64,000 nucleotides of DNA from Dehalococcoidia bacterium. Lineage in GTDB: Bacteria > Chloroflexota > Dehalococcoidia > Lucifugimonadales > UBA3495. The stretch spans positions 99,304 through 163,303 of the forward strand of contig CAXXRM010000005.1 in assembly GCA_963663135.2 (NCBI GenBank). The letters run 5' to 3'. Both the position numbers and the translations under genes were made by a program. Of the stretch, positions 50,091-59,994 are shown one piece after another. Below the pieces are notes generated by a model that did no database searches, was not told the origin of the DNA, and saw only the letters and a program-made list of their open reading frames with translations. The number at the start of each line of letters is the position of its first letter. Position 1 is the stretch's first letter.

Positions 50091-50597
50091 TTATTGCTGG
50101 TTAGTATCGTTGTCGGCAAGTTTCCGCAACGCCTCGCCGTCCATTCGGAAGATGTGCCAATCGTTCAGTGCCACAGCTCCCAGTTGGTGGTAAAACCGGG
50201 CGGCATTTTGATTCCAGTCCAACACCGCCCACTCGAAGCGGCCGCATCCTCGCTCCACGGCAATTCCCGCAACATGCGTCAGCAGCATTTTGCCCAGTCC
50301 GTTCCGGCGGTACTCCGGCATAACGAAGATATCCTCCAAGTACATGCCGCGCTGTCCCAAGAACGTCGAGTAGTTGTGGTAGAAGACCGCAAACCCTGCG
50401 GGATGTTCTCCCGCAAACCCCAGCGCCACCTCCGCGGCAGGGTTCTGTCCAAACAGCGATTCCCTAAGACTGTCCTCCGTAGCCGCTACGCCTTGGCTAA
50501 GACCCTCGAAGTCCGCCAAGCCCTGGATGAACTTGAGGATCAAGGGAGCGTCGTCAGGCTCCGCCGGACGTATGTAGAACTCCTTGCTGGTGGTCAT
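50091..50597 (-). CDS. GNAT family N-acetyltransferase
   Basis: 168 aa with the acetyl-CoA motif MPEYRRNGLGKMLL. Confidence 0.85.
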   Translation of the reverse strand: MTTSKEFYIRPAEPDDAPLILKFIQGLADFEGLSQGVAATEDSLRESLFGQNPAAEVALGFAGEHPAGFAVFYHNYSTFLGQRGMYLEDIFVMPEYRRNGLGKMLLTHVAGIAVERGCGRFEWAVLDWNQNAARFYHQLGAVALNDWHIFRMDGEALRKLADNDTNQQ

Positions 50598-50752
50598 GAC
50601 TCACATCCCACAGTCCAAATTACGCTTGCGTCCTCAATCAAGGAACGAATCTTATCAGCCTCTGTTGGCCGCATCTGCCGGGCTCGGTTGGGTTTCCGGC
50701 ATCGCCCCAGCGCCACGGGGATGGGCCCGGCAAAGGTGCTGTTCGGCCGCGG

Positions 50753-51514
50753 CTAGTTGTCGCCGACTCTGCCAAGGAAGACGTGGGTCAGTATGTCGGA
50801 GTCCCGGACGGACTGGGGGGTGCCGTCGTGGACTACCCGTCCGTTCTGAAGAACGTAGGCGCGGTCCACGATGTCCAGGACGCCCTTGATGTTGTGCTCA
50901 ACGACGAAGATGGTCGTATCGAGCCTCGCGCTGATTTCTGCGACCTTTTGAAATACCTCTTTGACGACTATGGGAGCGAGCCCGAGTGTGGGTTCATCGA
51001 GGAGCAGCATCTCCGGTCCAGCCATGAGGCCGCGGCCCAGGGCCAACATTTGTTGCTGCCCGCCGGACATCTGGCTGGCCAGGTCGCGGCGTTTTTCTTG
51101 CAGGATTGGGAAGAGTTCTATGACCGAGTCCAACCGGCTCTGCTTTTCAACCCGGTCTTTGAGGTGAAGGCAGCCCATTTCCAGGTTTTCCTGGATAGTG
51201 AGGTGGGTGAAGACCCGGCGGCCCTGGGGGACAAAGGAGATGCCTTCCTTGACCACTTCGTGGGTGGCGGCGACCAATTGGTTTTGCCGCCAGTAGACAC
51301 TCCCTCCGGTCACCGGCGCCAGCCCCATGATGGCCTTGAGGACCGTGGACTTGCCGGCGCCGTTGGGCCCCATTACCGCTACCACCTCACCCTTCCGGAC
51401 TCCCATCGAAACCCGGTCCAGAGCGGCGACGGCCCCGTAATTCACGGATACGTCGACGAGTTCCAGAAGATTCTCGCCGTTGTTGGCCTGGTCTGCAGAA
51501 GCCATTCGATTCAT
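50753..51514 (-). CDS. livF: branched-chain amino acid ABC transporter ATP-binding protein (LivF-type)
   Basis: Walker A GPNGAGKST, signature SGGQQQML, Walker B LLLDEP. Confidence 0.9.
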   Translation of the reverse strand: MNRMASADQANNGENLLELVDVSVNYGAVAALDRVSMGVRKGEVVAVMGPNGAGKSTVLKAIMGLAPVTGGSVYWRQNQLVAATHEVVKEGISFVPQGRRVFTHLTIQENLEMGCLHLKDRVEKQSRLDSVIELFPILQEKRRDLASQMSGGQQQMLALGRGLMAGPEMLLLDEPTLGLAPIVVKEVFQKVAEISARLDTTIFVVEHNIKGVLDIVDRAYVLQNGRVVHDGTPQSVRDSDILTHVFLGRVGDN

Positions 51515-51545
51515 CCGGGCGTTGGGATAGCGAAGAGAATCGAGG

Positions 51546-52307
51546 TTAAACGCCGAGATAGGCGTCTATGACCTCTTCGCTGCTAAGGACCGCTGCCACG
51601 TCCCCATGGGCGAGAAGGGAGCCGCCCTCCAGCACAATTATGCGGTCCGACAACTCCCGGACAATATCCATATTGTGGGAGATGAAAATGATGGTGCGCC
51701 CCTCGGCCCGCATCGCTTTCATTATGTCTTTTACCTTCTCCACCATCTGCGGGAAGAGCCCGGCGTAGGGTTCGTCGAGCAGGTACGTGTTGACGTCGAG
51801 GGCCAAGGCGCGCCCAATTTCCAGCAGTTTTCTCTGGCCGTAAGAGAGGTTCATTGCCAGGGAGTCCCGCTTTTCCCACATTCCCACCGTCTCGAGCACC
51901 CTTTGGGCTTTGTCCCGGTGGCTGGGCTTGGTTCGCTGCAACAAGGCCGGAAGCAGGCGGCGTTCGGTTAGGACCACCAAAATGTTGTCCCACACGCTGA
52001 TCTGATCGAAGAGTCGCACTTCTTGAAAAGTCCGGGTCAGGCCATGATTAGGAGTCTCGTAGGCCTTGACTATCTTGAGGCCGACCCCGTCGATGATGAC
52101 CATCCCACCGTCTAGAGGCAGCGTCCCGCTGAGGAGGTTAACCAGGGTAGATTTCCCGGACCCGTTGGGTCCGACTATGCTGGTCACTCCCTCCCGGGGG
52201 ATGGAGAGGCTGAGTTGGTCAACCGCCCTGACGGCGCCAAAGTGTTTGGATATCTTGTCCGTCTCCAGGGCAAAGAGCCCGGAGGTGTCTTTGCTGGTAG
52301 AGCTCAT
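51546..52307 (-). CDS. livG: branched-chain amino acid ABC transporter ATP-binding protein (LivG-type)
   Basis: Walker A GPNGSGKST, signature LSYGQRKLLEI, Walker B YLLDEP. ATG at 52307 overlaps the livM stop (ATGA). The upstream part of the listed ORF is Arg/Pro-rich and probably not coding. Confidence 0.9.
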   Translation of the reverse strand: MSSTSKDTSGLFALETDKISKHFGAVRAVDQLSLSIPREGVTSIVGPNGSGKSTLVNLLSGTLPLDGGMVIIDGVGLKIVKAYETPNHGLTRTFQEVRLFDQISVWDNILVVLTERRLLPALLQRTKPSHRDKAQRVLETVGMWEKRDSLAMNLSYGQRKLLEIGRALALDVNTYLLDEPYAGLFPQMVEKVKDIMKAMRAEGRTIIFISHNMDIVRELSDRIIVLEGGSLLAHGDVAAVLSSEEVIDAYLGV

Positions 52308-53359
52308 AGCTTGTACCTCCCGACCAGGCCTTGGGGCCTGAATAGCATGAGCAACACGAGGAGGATGCCCAGGACGATTTGCCGGGCCTGCCCGGTGTAT
52401 TCGGCAGGCACCAGGGGCAGAAAGCGCATTCCCTCCTCCAACAGCACGAAGGCCATTGCGCCGAGGAGGGAACCCCAAATGGTGGCGAGCCCTCCCAATA
52501 TCACGATTGCCACCAGGAGGATAGACTCGAGCAGGATGAACGAAAATGGATCGATGAAGGTGGTCCAGCTGCTAAACAGGCTGCCGGCCAGCCCGGCCAT
52601 CATGGCGGAGATGACCCATATAGCCAGTTTGTAGTGGGTCGCCCGGTATCCGAAGACCTCGATTGCCTGCTCATCTTCCCGGATGGCAGTCAGCACCCGC
52701 CCGAAGGAAGAAGTAACTATAAACCAGGCTACTACCATGACCAGGACGAGGAATACCAGGGTTAGGACCAAGAATTCCAACTCGCCGTCGAACACCCATC
52801 CGCCTATTTCGGGCCTGGGCACGTCGTGAATTCCGAAGGCGCCCCTGGTCATGCCCCGCCAGTTAAGAAAAACGTTGAAGCCGATGATGGCGAAGCCAAA
52901 GGAAACCAGAACGAAGATATCGTCCCTGAAGCGGTTGAATACCACCCCGACCGCCAGGGCTACCAGTCCGGCCAGCGCCACACTGACGGGCAGGGCGGCA
53001 AAGAAGGGTAAGCCAAAAGTTGGGATAGCCCCGGTGCGGAGCTCCTCGTAGGCAGTGGTTGAGGTCAAGATAGCCGTGGCGTAAGCCCCTATGCCGAAGA
53101 AGCCAACGTGCCCCACGGACAGCAGTCCGGTAAATCCCAACACCAGGTTCAAGCTGACTGCGAGGATCGCCCAGATGGCGAAAACGGTGCCAATGCTTAC
53201 GGCAAAGCCAAAGCCCTGCCATAGCATAAAGGCCACGGCCCAGGTGATGACAAAAAGGTTGGCCCACAGTTCCAGGTTGCCCCTGGCGAGGAGCAAAAGC
53301 GTTCCAGGATTCCGGGCCAGGGCTACCGCGTTCCGAAAGGCATGCAAACGGTTCAGCAT
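52304..53359 (-). CDS. livM: branched-chain amino acid ABC transporter permease (LivM-type)
   Basis: 351 aa, multi-TM, ...GLLSVGHVGFFGIGAY... motif. Confidence 0.88.
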   Translation of the reverse strand: MLNRLHAFRNAVALARNPGTLLLLARGNLELWANLFVITWAVAFMLWQGFGFAVSIGTVFAIWAILAVSLNLVLGFTGLLSVGHVGFFGIGAYATAILTSTTAYEELRTGAIPTFGLPFFAALPVSVALAGLVALAVGVVFNRFRDDIFVLVSFGFAIIGFNVFLNWRGMTRGAFGIHDVPRPEIGGWVFDGELEFLVLTLVFLVLVMVVAWFIVTSSFGRVLTAIREDEQAIEVFGYRATHYKLAIWVISAMMAGLAGSLFSSWTTFIDPFSFILLESILLVAIVILGGLATIWGSLLGAMAFVLLEEGMRFLPLVPAEYTGQARQIVLGILLVLLMLFRPQGLVGRYKL

Positions 53360-53362
53360 GAC

Positions 53363-54727
53363 CTACTTTCTCGGCAACAGGCCCTTGGGCCAAAAGGACA
53401 AGAACAGGATCAGGAGGATGAAGGCAATAGCGTCCTTCCACTCACCGGCCAGGTCCCAAATGCCGAACTGCTCGACCATTCCCAGGGTGAATCCTCCTAC
53501 TATGGCGCCGTAGAGATTGCCCATGCCGCCTACCACGGAGGCGATCCAGCCCTTCAGAAGTAGCAGCAGGCCCATCTTGGGCTGGATGGAAGTGTCGTGG
53601 CCGCTCAAAAGGCCCGCCATAGCGGCGTATACGGCGCCAATGAAGAACACGACGGCGATCACGACGGTCGTGTTTATCCCCACCACCTTGGATACTTCTT
53701 CGTCGTCGCCGATGGCCCGCACCGCCGTCCCGAAGGCGGTTTTTTTGAGGAGGAGCAGCAATCCCGTGAATCCGGTGATGGCAACTCCGATGGCGAAGAC
53801 GTTGAATCCCTTGATGTTAGCCCCTGCGATGGTCCAGGCGCCGCTGCCGAACGCTTCCGGCAGCGGGCGCGGCGCGCTTCTGAACACTATCGTTATGAAG
53901 GCGGTGATGGCCAGCAGGATGCCAAGAGAGGCGACCAGCATGACCAGAGGCGAGTTGGACCGCTGGCGCATGTACACGTACAGGCCGCGGTACAGGGCCA
54001 GCCCTACAGTCCCCGCCAACAGGCACGACACCACCCAGCTCAGATATAGGCTCGCGCCGGGAGCGTTGGCCACCAGAAAACCGCAATAGGCCCCGAGGGC
54101 CGCCGCCAGAGCCGCCGGGACGATGAACGGCGGGAGGGCGCTGGCGCCGGTCCTCCGGTAACCCCGGTAGAGCGCCCAGCCCGCCGCCACGGCCGTAACT
54201 GCTCCGACAGCGGGGCTCAGGGTGACGTTCAGGGCATCGGGGTAGGCCAGCACAAATCCTACGTAGACCCCGGCGGCAGCGGCCGTGACGCCTTCGATGA
54301 CGCGCAGGGCAAGGGGGGCGACTCGGGCCCGCAGCCGGGAGAACAGCCCTATGTGCAGGACCCAGGCGGTGACTCCCGCCGTCACCGCGGCAAAGACAAT
54401 ATTGACGTAAAGGTCGTTGGCCTCAAACCCGTAAGCTGCCCCCTGCGACCGTAGGTAGAAGACGCCGTATGCGCCCAGCGCGGCCGCCGCGCCGTAGTAC
54501 AGGTCGAAGAACCAGACGGTGCTGTACACCAAGGTGAAGCCCATGGCCAGAAGGGCGTATACCGCGCCTACCGACAGGCCATTGAAGGCAAACTGGAGTG
54601 CCTGCTCGCCGGACTGGGTGATCTTCCACCCGATGTAGGCCGTGACCGAGACTGCCAGCGCCACGGCCAAAAGCTGGGAAAGACTGGGTAGAGTAAGCCT
54701 GCCCTCACCGGCGCGACGTCTTAGCAA
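53363..54727 (-). CDS. livH: branched-chain amino acid ABC transporter permease (LivH-type, unusually long)
   Basis: 454 aa, multi-TM. LivH-like ends (...GLSVGAVYALLAMGFTLVY..., ...IGNLYGAIVGGFTLG...) with additional central TM segments. Confidence 0.82.
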   Translation of the reverse strand: MLRRRAGEGRLTLPSLSQLLAVALAVSVTAYIGWKITQSGEQALQFAFNGLSVGAVYALLAMGFTLVYSTVWFFDLYYGAAAALGAYGVFYLRSQGAAYGFEANDLYVNIVFAAVTAGVTAWVLHIGLFSRLRARVAPLALRVIEGVTAAAAGVYVGFVLAYPDALNVTLSPAVGAVTAVAAGWALYRGYRRTGASALPPFIVPAALAAALGAYCGFLVANAPGASLYLSWVVSCLLAGTVGLALYRGLYVYMRQRSNSPLVMLVASLGILLAITAFITIVFRSAPRPLPEAFGSGAWTIAGANIKGFNVFAIGVAITGFTGLLLLLKKTAFGTAVRAIGDDEEVSKVVGINTTVVIAVVFFIGAVYAAMAGLLSGHDTSIQPKMGLLLLLKGWIASVVGGMGNLYGAIVGGFTLGMVEQFGIWDLAGEWKDAIAFILLILFLSFWPKGLLPRK

Positions 54728-54853
54728 CGAGATACCTCGAGAAGGATTTCGGCGAACTACACGGGTAACCCTGACGGAAGGGCAACCCTGACGGTTGCCC
54801 TCATGTGTATCGGGCCAACCTCCGGGATTGGCCCTTAGTTGGTTCTGCCGGGG

Positions 54854-56038
54854 CTACTCCGAAGGAGCCGGGCCCAGCACCTTATAACCCTGGTTGTCGT
54901 CGGTCCGCTCGGCCAACGGCAAGACCTCTACCACCACGTTGGCCAGGCCGACAACCTCGCCGTTCTCGTCAAAGGTGTAGCCGTCTCCGATAGTCCCGCT
55001 CCAATTGATCTCGTACAAGCAGTCCCGCAAACCGTCGGCGTCCTGATCGTCACCTGTCTGCTTGAGACACTCCGCGGCGATGTATACGTCGTCGTAGGCC
55101 GACCCCAGATACCAGGGCAGCGTGACGTATTCGTAGCGGGCCTTGAAGTTGCTAAGGACTTGCTGGGCCTTGTCGTTAGCCGGGTCCAACTCGGCGGTGA
55201 TGGCCTTCAAGCCGGTGGCGGCGTCGCCGGCGATCTCCAGGGCCGTGGCGCCAACGGGTATGACTTCCGAGTATATTGGCCCGTCATAGCCCAACTCTCG
55301 CGCCTGCTTAACGATGGTGCCTCCGCTGGACTCGGACTGGGCGGCGACATGAAGGGCGTCGGGGTTCTCGCCGAACAGTTTGGTCAGTTGGCTCCTGAAA
55401 TCGGTAATGTCCGACGTGTACCGCTCTTCACCGACCACCCTGCCCCCGCGCTTGACGAACTGGTCCACGGATGTTCGCCGCACGCCTTCGGCGTAGTCGG
55501 TGGCCTCGGTGATGGTAGCCAAGGTGCGGGCGCCGTCGGCCCACAGCACGTTGCCGGTGTCGATGCCCAGTTGGAGGTCACTCATGGCGGTGCGGAAGAT
55601 GTAATCCCCGGCGTGAGCGATGTCCGGATTAGTGGCTAACCCGGAGAACAACACAACACCGTCTTCCTCGGCCAGGGGCGCCGCCCCCAGCATGGCGCCA
55701 CTGCAAGAAGTCCCCAGGATGATCTTCACCCCGTCTACGTCGGTAAGTTTCCTGTAGGCGGTAATGGCGTCCTGGGCGCTGCATTTCGAATCTTCTACAA
55801 TGATCTCGATCATGCGGCCGTTGATACCGCCTGCTTCGTTGATCTCATCCACCGCCATCCTCTTTGAACGCACGGCCACGTTGCCGTAGGTCTCGCCCGG
55901 ACCGGTGACCGACTCCATCACCCCGATTTTGAAGGGCTGGTCCTGGGCCGATCCCCCGCCACCGCAGGCGGCAAAAACCAGCGCCAGAATCATCAATAAC
56001 CCGGAAAGGGGCATCCACTTCATGGACGAAACGTTCAT
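54854..56038 (-). CDS. ABC transporter substrate-binding lipoprotein (LivJ/K, Peripla_BP_6-like)
   Basis: MNVSSMKWMPLSGLLMILALVFAACGGGG contains a lipobox, followed by FKIGVMESVTGPGETYG... typical of the family. The listed ORF start at 56104 is probably too far upstream. Confidence 0.88.
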   Translation of the reverse strand: MNVSSMKWMPLSGLLMILALVFAACGGGGSAQDQPFKIGVMESVTGPGETYGNVAVRSKRMAVDEINEAGGINGRMIEIIVEDSKCSAQDAITAYRKLTDVDGVKIILGTSCSGAMLGAAPLAEEDGVVLFSGLATNPDIAHAGDYIFRTAMSDLQLGIDTGNVLWADGARTLATITEATDYAEGVRRTSVDQFVKRGGRVVGEERYTSDITDFRSQLTKLFGENPDALHVAAQSESSGGTIVKQARELGYDGPIYSEVIPVGATALEIAGDAATGLKAITAELDPANDKAQQVLSNFKARYEYVTLPWYLGSAYDDVYIAAECLKQTGDDQDADGLRDCLYEINWSGTIGDGYTFDENGEVVGLANVVVEVLPLAERTDDNQGYKVLGPAPSE

Positions 56039-56519
56039 TGCTTTTCCCTCCGAAGCGTAATTCCCAGGCCAGCGTGATGGGCGGCCATAGCAGAATCGAT
56101 CCATTGGGAACCGGAAGGCCGACGTTCGGTGAGCGGCTGGTTTGGAACCCGATTAACTCTCAGATTCCCGGCCCTGTTCCAATTCGTGGTCCACATCCAC
56201 GTCACCCCCAGGCTAGAATTGGTGGGCAGCGCCATGACGCCGGCAAGTAAATAGAATTTAATGCTACCACAAATCTGAATACCGGGGGTTGCTCCGGTTT
56301 TTCAGTCAACCGGATGGGTGAGGATTCCGCTGCTGACATAATGACGGCCGCGCTGGGCGATCTGCGTTTGGCGATACGCCGGACGCCCGGAGACCATGCC
56401 GCCCCCCGGAGCGGTGGCCCCGCTTGACCCACCTACAGAAGCAAACTATATTTTAGGCCCGCTGTAGTTTAGACCCGCTGTTGTTTTCGGTATCTGTCGG
56501 TCTGGCCCCAAGGACTAGG

Positions 56520-57263
56520 ATGAAGGAGCGCGCCCGGTTCTTGGCCCCGATGTTGCAGCGGATAGTCGATTCGCTGCGGGATCTGGCGCCAATCATCATA
56601 GTCATCGCGTTCTTCCAGATCGTGGTGCTGCAGCAGCCTTTCCCCAACCTGTGGAACGTGGTCATTGGGCTGGCCTGCGTGGTCGTCGGGCTGGCCATGT
56701 TCATCGAGGGGCTGGAAAGCGGGCTGTTTCCCATTGGCGAACTGTTGGCGCGTGGGTTAGCGGCCAAGGGCAGCCTGACGACGCTGCTAGCCTTTGCTTT
56801 TTGCCTCGGATTCGGCACCACGGTCGCCGAGCCGGCATTGATTGCCATTGCCGCAGAGGCGGCCGAGGTTGCGGCGGAGGCCGGAGCGATAGCCGATAGC
56901 GACGAGGCCCGCGCTTCCTACGCTTTTGAGTTGCGCATGGTCGTGGCGGTCTCGGTGGGAGCGGCCATCGTATTGGGTGTACTACGTATCCTGAAAGGCT
57001 GGCCAATCCATCGCCTGATTATCGGGGGCTATCTGCTCGTGACGGCTCTGACCGTCTTTGCACCCGATGAAATCATTGGCGTGGCCTACGATTCCGGAGG
57101 GGTCACCACCAGCACTATCACTGTGCCGCTGGTCACGGCGTTGGGCGTTGGGCTCGCTACGTCAATCCGGGGGCGTAATCCGATGATCGACGGCTTCGGG
57201 CTTATCGCCTTTGCCAGCTTGACGCCTATGATTTGCGTACTTGCCTACGGCATGGTGTCCTGA
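56520..57263 (+). CDS. DUF1538-family integral membrane protein (1 of 2)
   Basis: Multi-TM. The ...[21 protein letters not shown]... and ...[22 protein letters not shown]... motifs are shared with the next gene. Confidence 0.72.
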   Translation: MKERARFLAPMLQRIVDSLRDLAPIIIVIAFFQIVVLQQPFPNLWNVVIGLACVVVGLAMFIEGLESGLFPIGELLARGLAAKGSLTTLLAFAFCLGFGTTVAEPALIAIAAEAAEVAAEAGAIADSDEARASYAFELRMVVAVSVGAAIVLGVLRILKGWPIHRLIIGGYLLVTALTVFAPDEIIGVAYDSGGVTTSTITVPLVTALGVGLATSIRGRNPMIDGFGLIAFASLTPMICVLAYGMVS

Positions 57264-57265
57264 CG

Positions 57266-58069
57266 GTGGGATTCCTGCACACCGTCGGAGGAACGGTCCT
57301 GTCCACCATGCTGGACGTGGCGCCCATAGCCGGAGTACTGGTCTTGTTTCAGGTCGCGGTGCTGCGTCGCAGTCTCCCAAACCCGCGCCGTATGGCCGCC
57401 GGGTTTGTATTCGTTTTGCTGGGGCTCTCCCTATTTCTTGTAGGGCTGGAACAGGCGCTTTTCCCGATCGGGGAGACCATGGCGCGCCAGCTCGCCGGGC
57501 CTGAGACCATTGGGCCGCAGAGTTTGGCCGGCGGTGTCGACTGGCGCGATTACGGGCTGGTCTACGCTTTCGCCGCGGCCATCGGCTTCGCTACAACGGT
57601 GGCCGAACCCTCGCTTATCGCCGTGGCCCTCAAGGCCGAGGAGGTCTCGGGCGGCGCCGTCCGAGCTTGGGGATTGAGGCTCGCGGTAGCGGTGGGGGTG
57701 GCTTTCGGGGTGTCGCTCGGCTGCTTCCGCATCGTCACCGGTACGCCGCTGCCCTGGTACATCATGGCTGCCTACATTGTGGTGATAGTGCAGACCTTCC
57801 GGTCCAACAGGACCATCGTGCCGTTAGCCTATGACAGCGGAGGGGTTACGACCTCCACCGTCACGGTGCCCGTCGTTGCGGCCCTGGGCCTGGGTCTTGC
57901 CTCGAGCATTCCGGGCCGAAGCCCGCTGATTGACGGGTTCGGACTCATTGCTTTCGCCAGCGTCTTTCCTATAATTACCGTGTTGGGATACGCCATCGTC
58001 GCATCTTGGTGGAATCGTAGGCGAAACAGCGAAGATGCCAGCGAGGGGTCCGTGGAGGCTGAACCGTGA
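57266..58069 (+). CDS. DUF1538-family integral membrane protein (2 of 2)
   Basis: Paralogous motifs ...GLSLFLVGLEQALFPIGETMA... and ...[22 protein letters not shown].... GTG at 57266 lies 3 nt after the upstream stop. Confidence 0.72.
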   Translation: MGFLHTVGGTVLSTMLDVAPIAGVLVLFQVAVLRRSLPNPRRMAAGFVFVLLGLSLFLVGLEQALFPIGETMARQLAGPETIGPQSLAGGVDWRDYGLVYAFAAAIGFATTVAEPSLIAVALKAEEVSGGAVRAWGLRLAVAVGVAFGVSLGCFRIVTGTPLPWYIMAAYIVVIVQTFRSNRTIVPLAYDSGGVTTSTVTVPVVAALGLGLASSIPGRSPLIDGFGLIAFASVFPIITVLGYAIVASWWNRRRNSEDASEGSVEAEP

Positions 58070-58416
58070 GATTGAAGCTGATTATCGCTCTGGTCAACGA
58101 CTATAACACGGATATCGTGGTCGATGCCGCGCGGGCCGGGGGCGCCACCGGCGCCACAATAGTCTCCAGCGTGCGCGGTGAGGGATTGAAGCCGGAGAAG
58201 ACCTTCTTCGGTCTGGGCCTGGCCGCCAAGCGAGACGTCCTCATGTTCCTGGTCGCCGATACTCGAGCGCGTGACATCCTGGAACGTATCCGGGACGCCG
58301 CCCACCTGGAGACAGAGCACGGCGCCGGAGTCGCATTCCAAATCGACATTGAGGATGCTGTTGGCCTCACCACTCAGATGCCTGTCATTCGAGAGGAACT
58401 GGAACGCGAGATATGA
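58066..58416 (+). CDS. P-II-like signal transduction protein
   Basis: 116 aa. MRLKLIIALVND...GATGATIVSSVRGEG...VLMFLV...GAGVAFQIDIEDAVGL follows the beta-alpha-beta P-II pattern. The start GTG overlaps the upstream stop (GTGA). Confidence 0.75.
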   Translation: MRLKLIIALVNDYNTDIVVDAARAGGATGATIVSSVRGEGLKPEKTFFGLGLAAKRDVLMFLVADTRARDILERIRDAAHLETEHGAGVAFQIDIEDAVGLTTQMPVIREELEREI

Positions 58417-58817
58417 GCGACGAAGGGCTTATCAAGGTCGGAGACCTCATGGTTTCCGAAATCCACGACATTGACGGGCTGGCGACCGTCGCGGAAGCGA
58501 TAGCGCTCATGAAGCAGCACGATGTAAACTCGCTGGTCGTCAACCGGCGCGACGACACCGATGAGGTAGGGGTGGTCCAGGTATCCGACATAGCGCGCCA
58601 GGTGGTTGCCCGGGACCGCGCACCGGAGAGGGTCAATGTTTATGAAATTATGTCCAAGCCGGTGTTGACGCTGCCGCCGGACATGCTCGCCCGATACGCC
58701 GTGCGATTGCTGGTGCGGTTTGAAGTATCCCGGGCAATTGTCGTGGACCAAGATCGCAATCCCATCGGAATTGTAACCTTGGGCGACTTGGTGACGGGAC
58801 ACGCTCCAGCTTCTTAA
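58413..58817 (+). CDS. CBS-pair domain protein
   Basis: Two CBS repeats (VGDLMVSEIHDIDGLATVAEAIALMKQHDVNSLVV... and VYEIMSKPVLTLPPDMLARYAVRLLVRFEVSRAIVVD...GIVTLGDL). The ATG overlaps the upstream stop (ATGA). Confidence 0.85.
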   Translation: MSDEGLIKVGDLMVSEIHDIDGLATVAEAIALMKQHDVNSLVVNRRDDTDEVGVVQVSDIARQVVARDRAPERVNVYEIMSKPVLTLPPDMLARYAVRLLVRFEVSRAIVVDQDRNPIGIVTLGDLVTGHAPAS

Positions 58818-59175
58818 CCCCGCGGTGCAATGGAAACAGGACGCCGCTCCACTCCCAATAGAAACAGGACGCCGCTTCACTCGCAATAACCTGGCGGCGG
58901 CTGGCCACTTTGGGTTTTATCGCTCACGCACCGTGCGAACCGCCCCATTCCTTTACCACCGGTCCATCCGAGTGTAGAACTCCTACCGGTTGCCGGACAT
59001 TGGGGGCAACCTCCGCTGCCTGGTATGGACTCAGGGGCGTCAAACTGGGTAAATCCTGCAACCGGACCTGCGTCATGACGGCGCTCCTGCGTGGTAACAT
59101 GCCCGAATTGGCGGGAAATGTAATTCCCGAACCAATCCAACCGGCCCGCGAAAGCGCGGATTGAGAGGTCGTTCG

Positions 59176-59718
59176 ATGCTGGCAAGAATGTTGGGCGCCG
59201 CCCGTTTGAATGTAGCCACCTTCGAGGACGTGGAGCACGACTCCGGAGCCACCCTGCAAGCGATGCTTGTCGTCATTGTCGTTTCCATCGCTACCGGTGT
59301 CGGCAGCTTGCTGGCAGGCGAGGCCGACCTGCTCAAGGATGTGGTCTTCGGAGTGCTGCGCTCATTGTTGTCCTGGGCCGTGTGGGCATTATTGGCCTGG
59401 TTCGTCGGAAGCAAAATCCTGGGAACCCGGGATACCCAGGCAGATTGGGGTCAGTTGGCTCGGGGAACCGGGTTTGCACAAACACCGGGAATTCTGAAGG
59501 TCTTCATCTTCATTCCGGTAGTCGGGTTGATTATTGAACTGGTTGCGGCGTTGTGGCAGTTTGCTGCGATGGTGATTGCGGTACGGCAGAGCTTGGACTA
59601 TACGTTGACCCTCCGAGCCTTTGCCGTGGTCCTCATCTCATTTATCCCCGTGATTATCATTAACGGTTTAGTCATTTGGGCGCTGCGCATCGGCGGTACT
59701 CCGGTTCCCCCGGCATAG
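59176..59718 (+). CDS. Yip1-domain membrane protein
   Basis: MLARMLGAARLNVATFEDVEHDSGATLQAMLVVIVVSIATGVG... plus 4-5 TM segments. Confidence 0.65.
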   Translation: MLARMLGAARLNVATFEDVEHDSGATLQAMLVVIVVSIATGVGSLLAGEADLLKDVVFGVLRSLLSWAVWALLAWFVGSKILGTRDTQADWGQLARGTGFAQTPGILKVFIFIPVVGLIIELVAALWQFAAMVIAVRQSLDYTLTLRAFAVVLISFIPVIIINGLVIWALRIGGTPVPPA

Positions 59719-59994
59719 GCCTTCCACGGTGTGCTACCTCCTCGTTGTACGTCGGCCCCACGCCAAGCTTTCCCGCGGGCACAAGCCGCATCGCGCTATA
59801 CCCTATTACCTACGGGAGGCCCATGGTGGTGCGGAGACGTCCGATTCAGATTGCCTCTAAAATGTGATGTCCGTCTCACCCGACCCAGTTACGGGCAGGG
59901 AATCCCAAACGGCTCTTCGCTACTTCGCGCTAACACCCACCATTGTTGCCCAGGCTTGGAAACAGCTATCCCAGAGTAAGTTTAGCCCGGTTCC

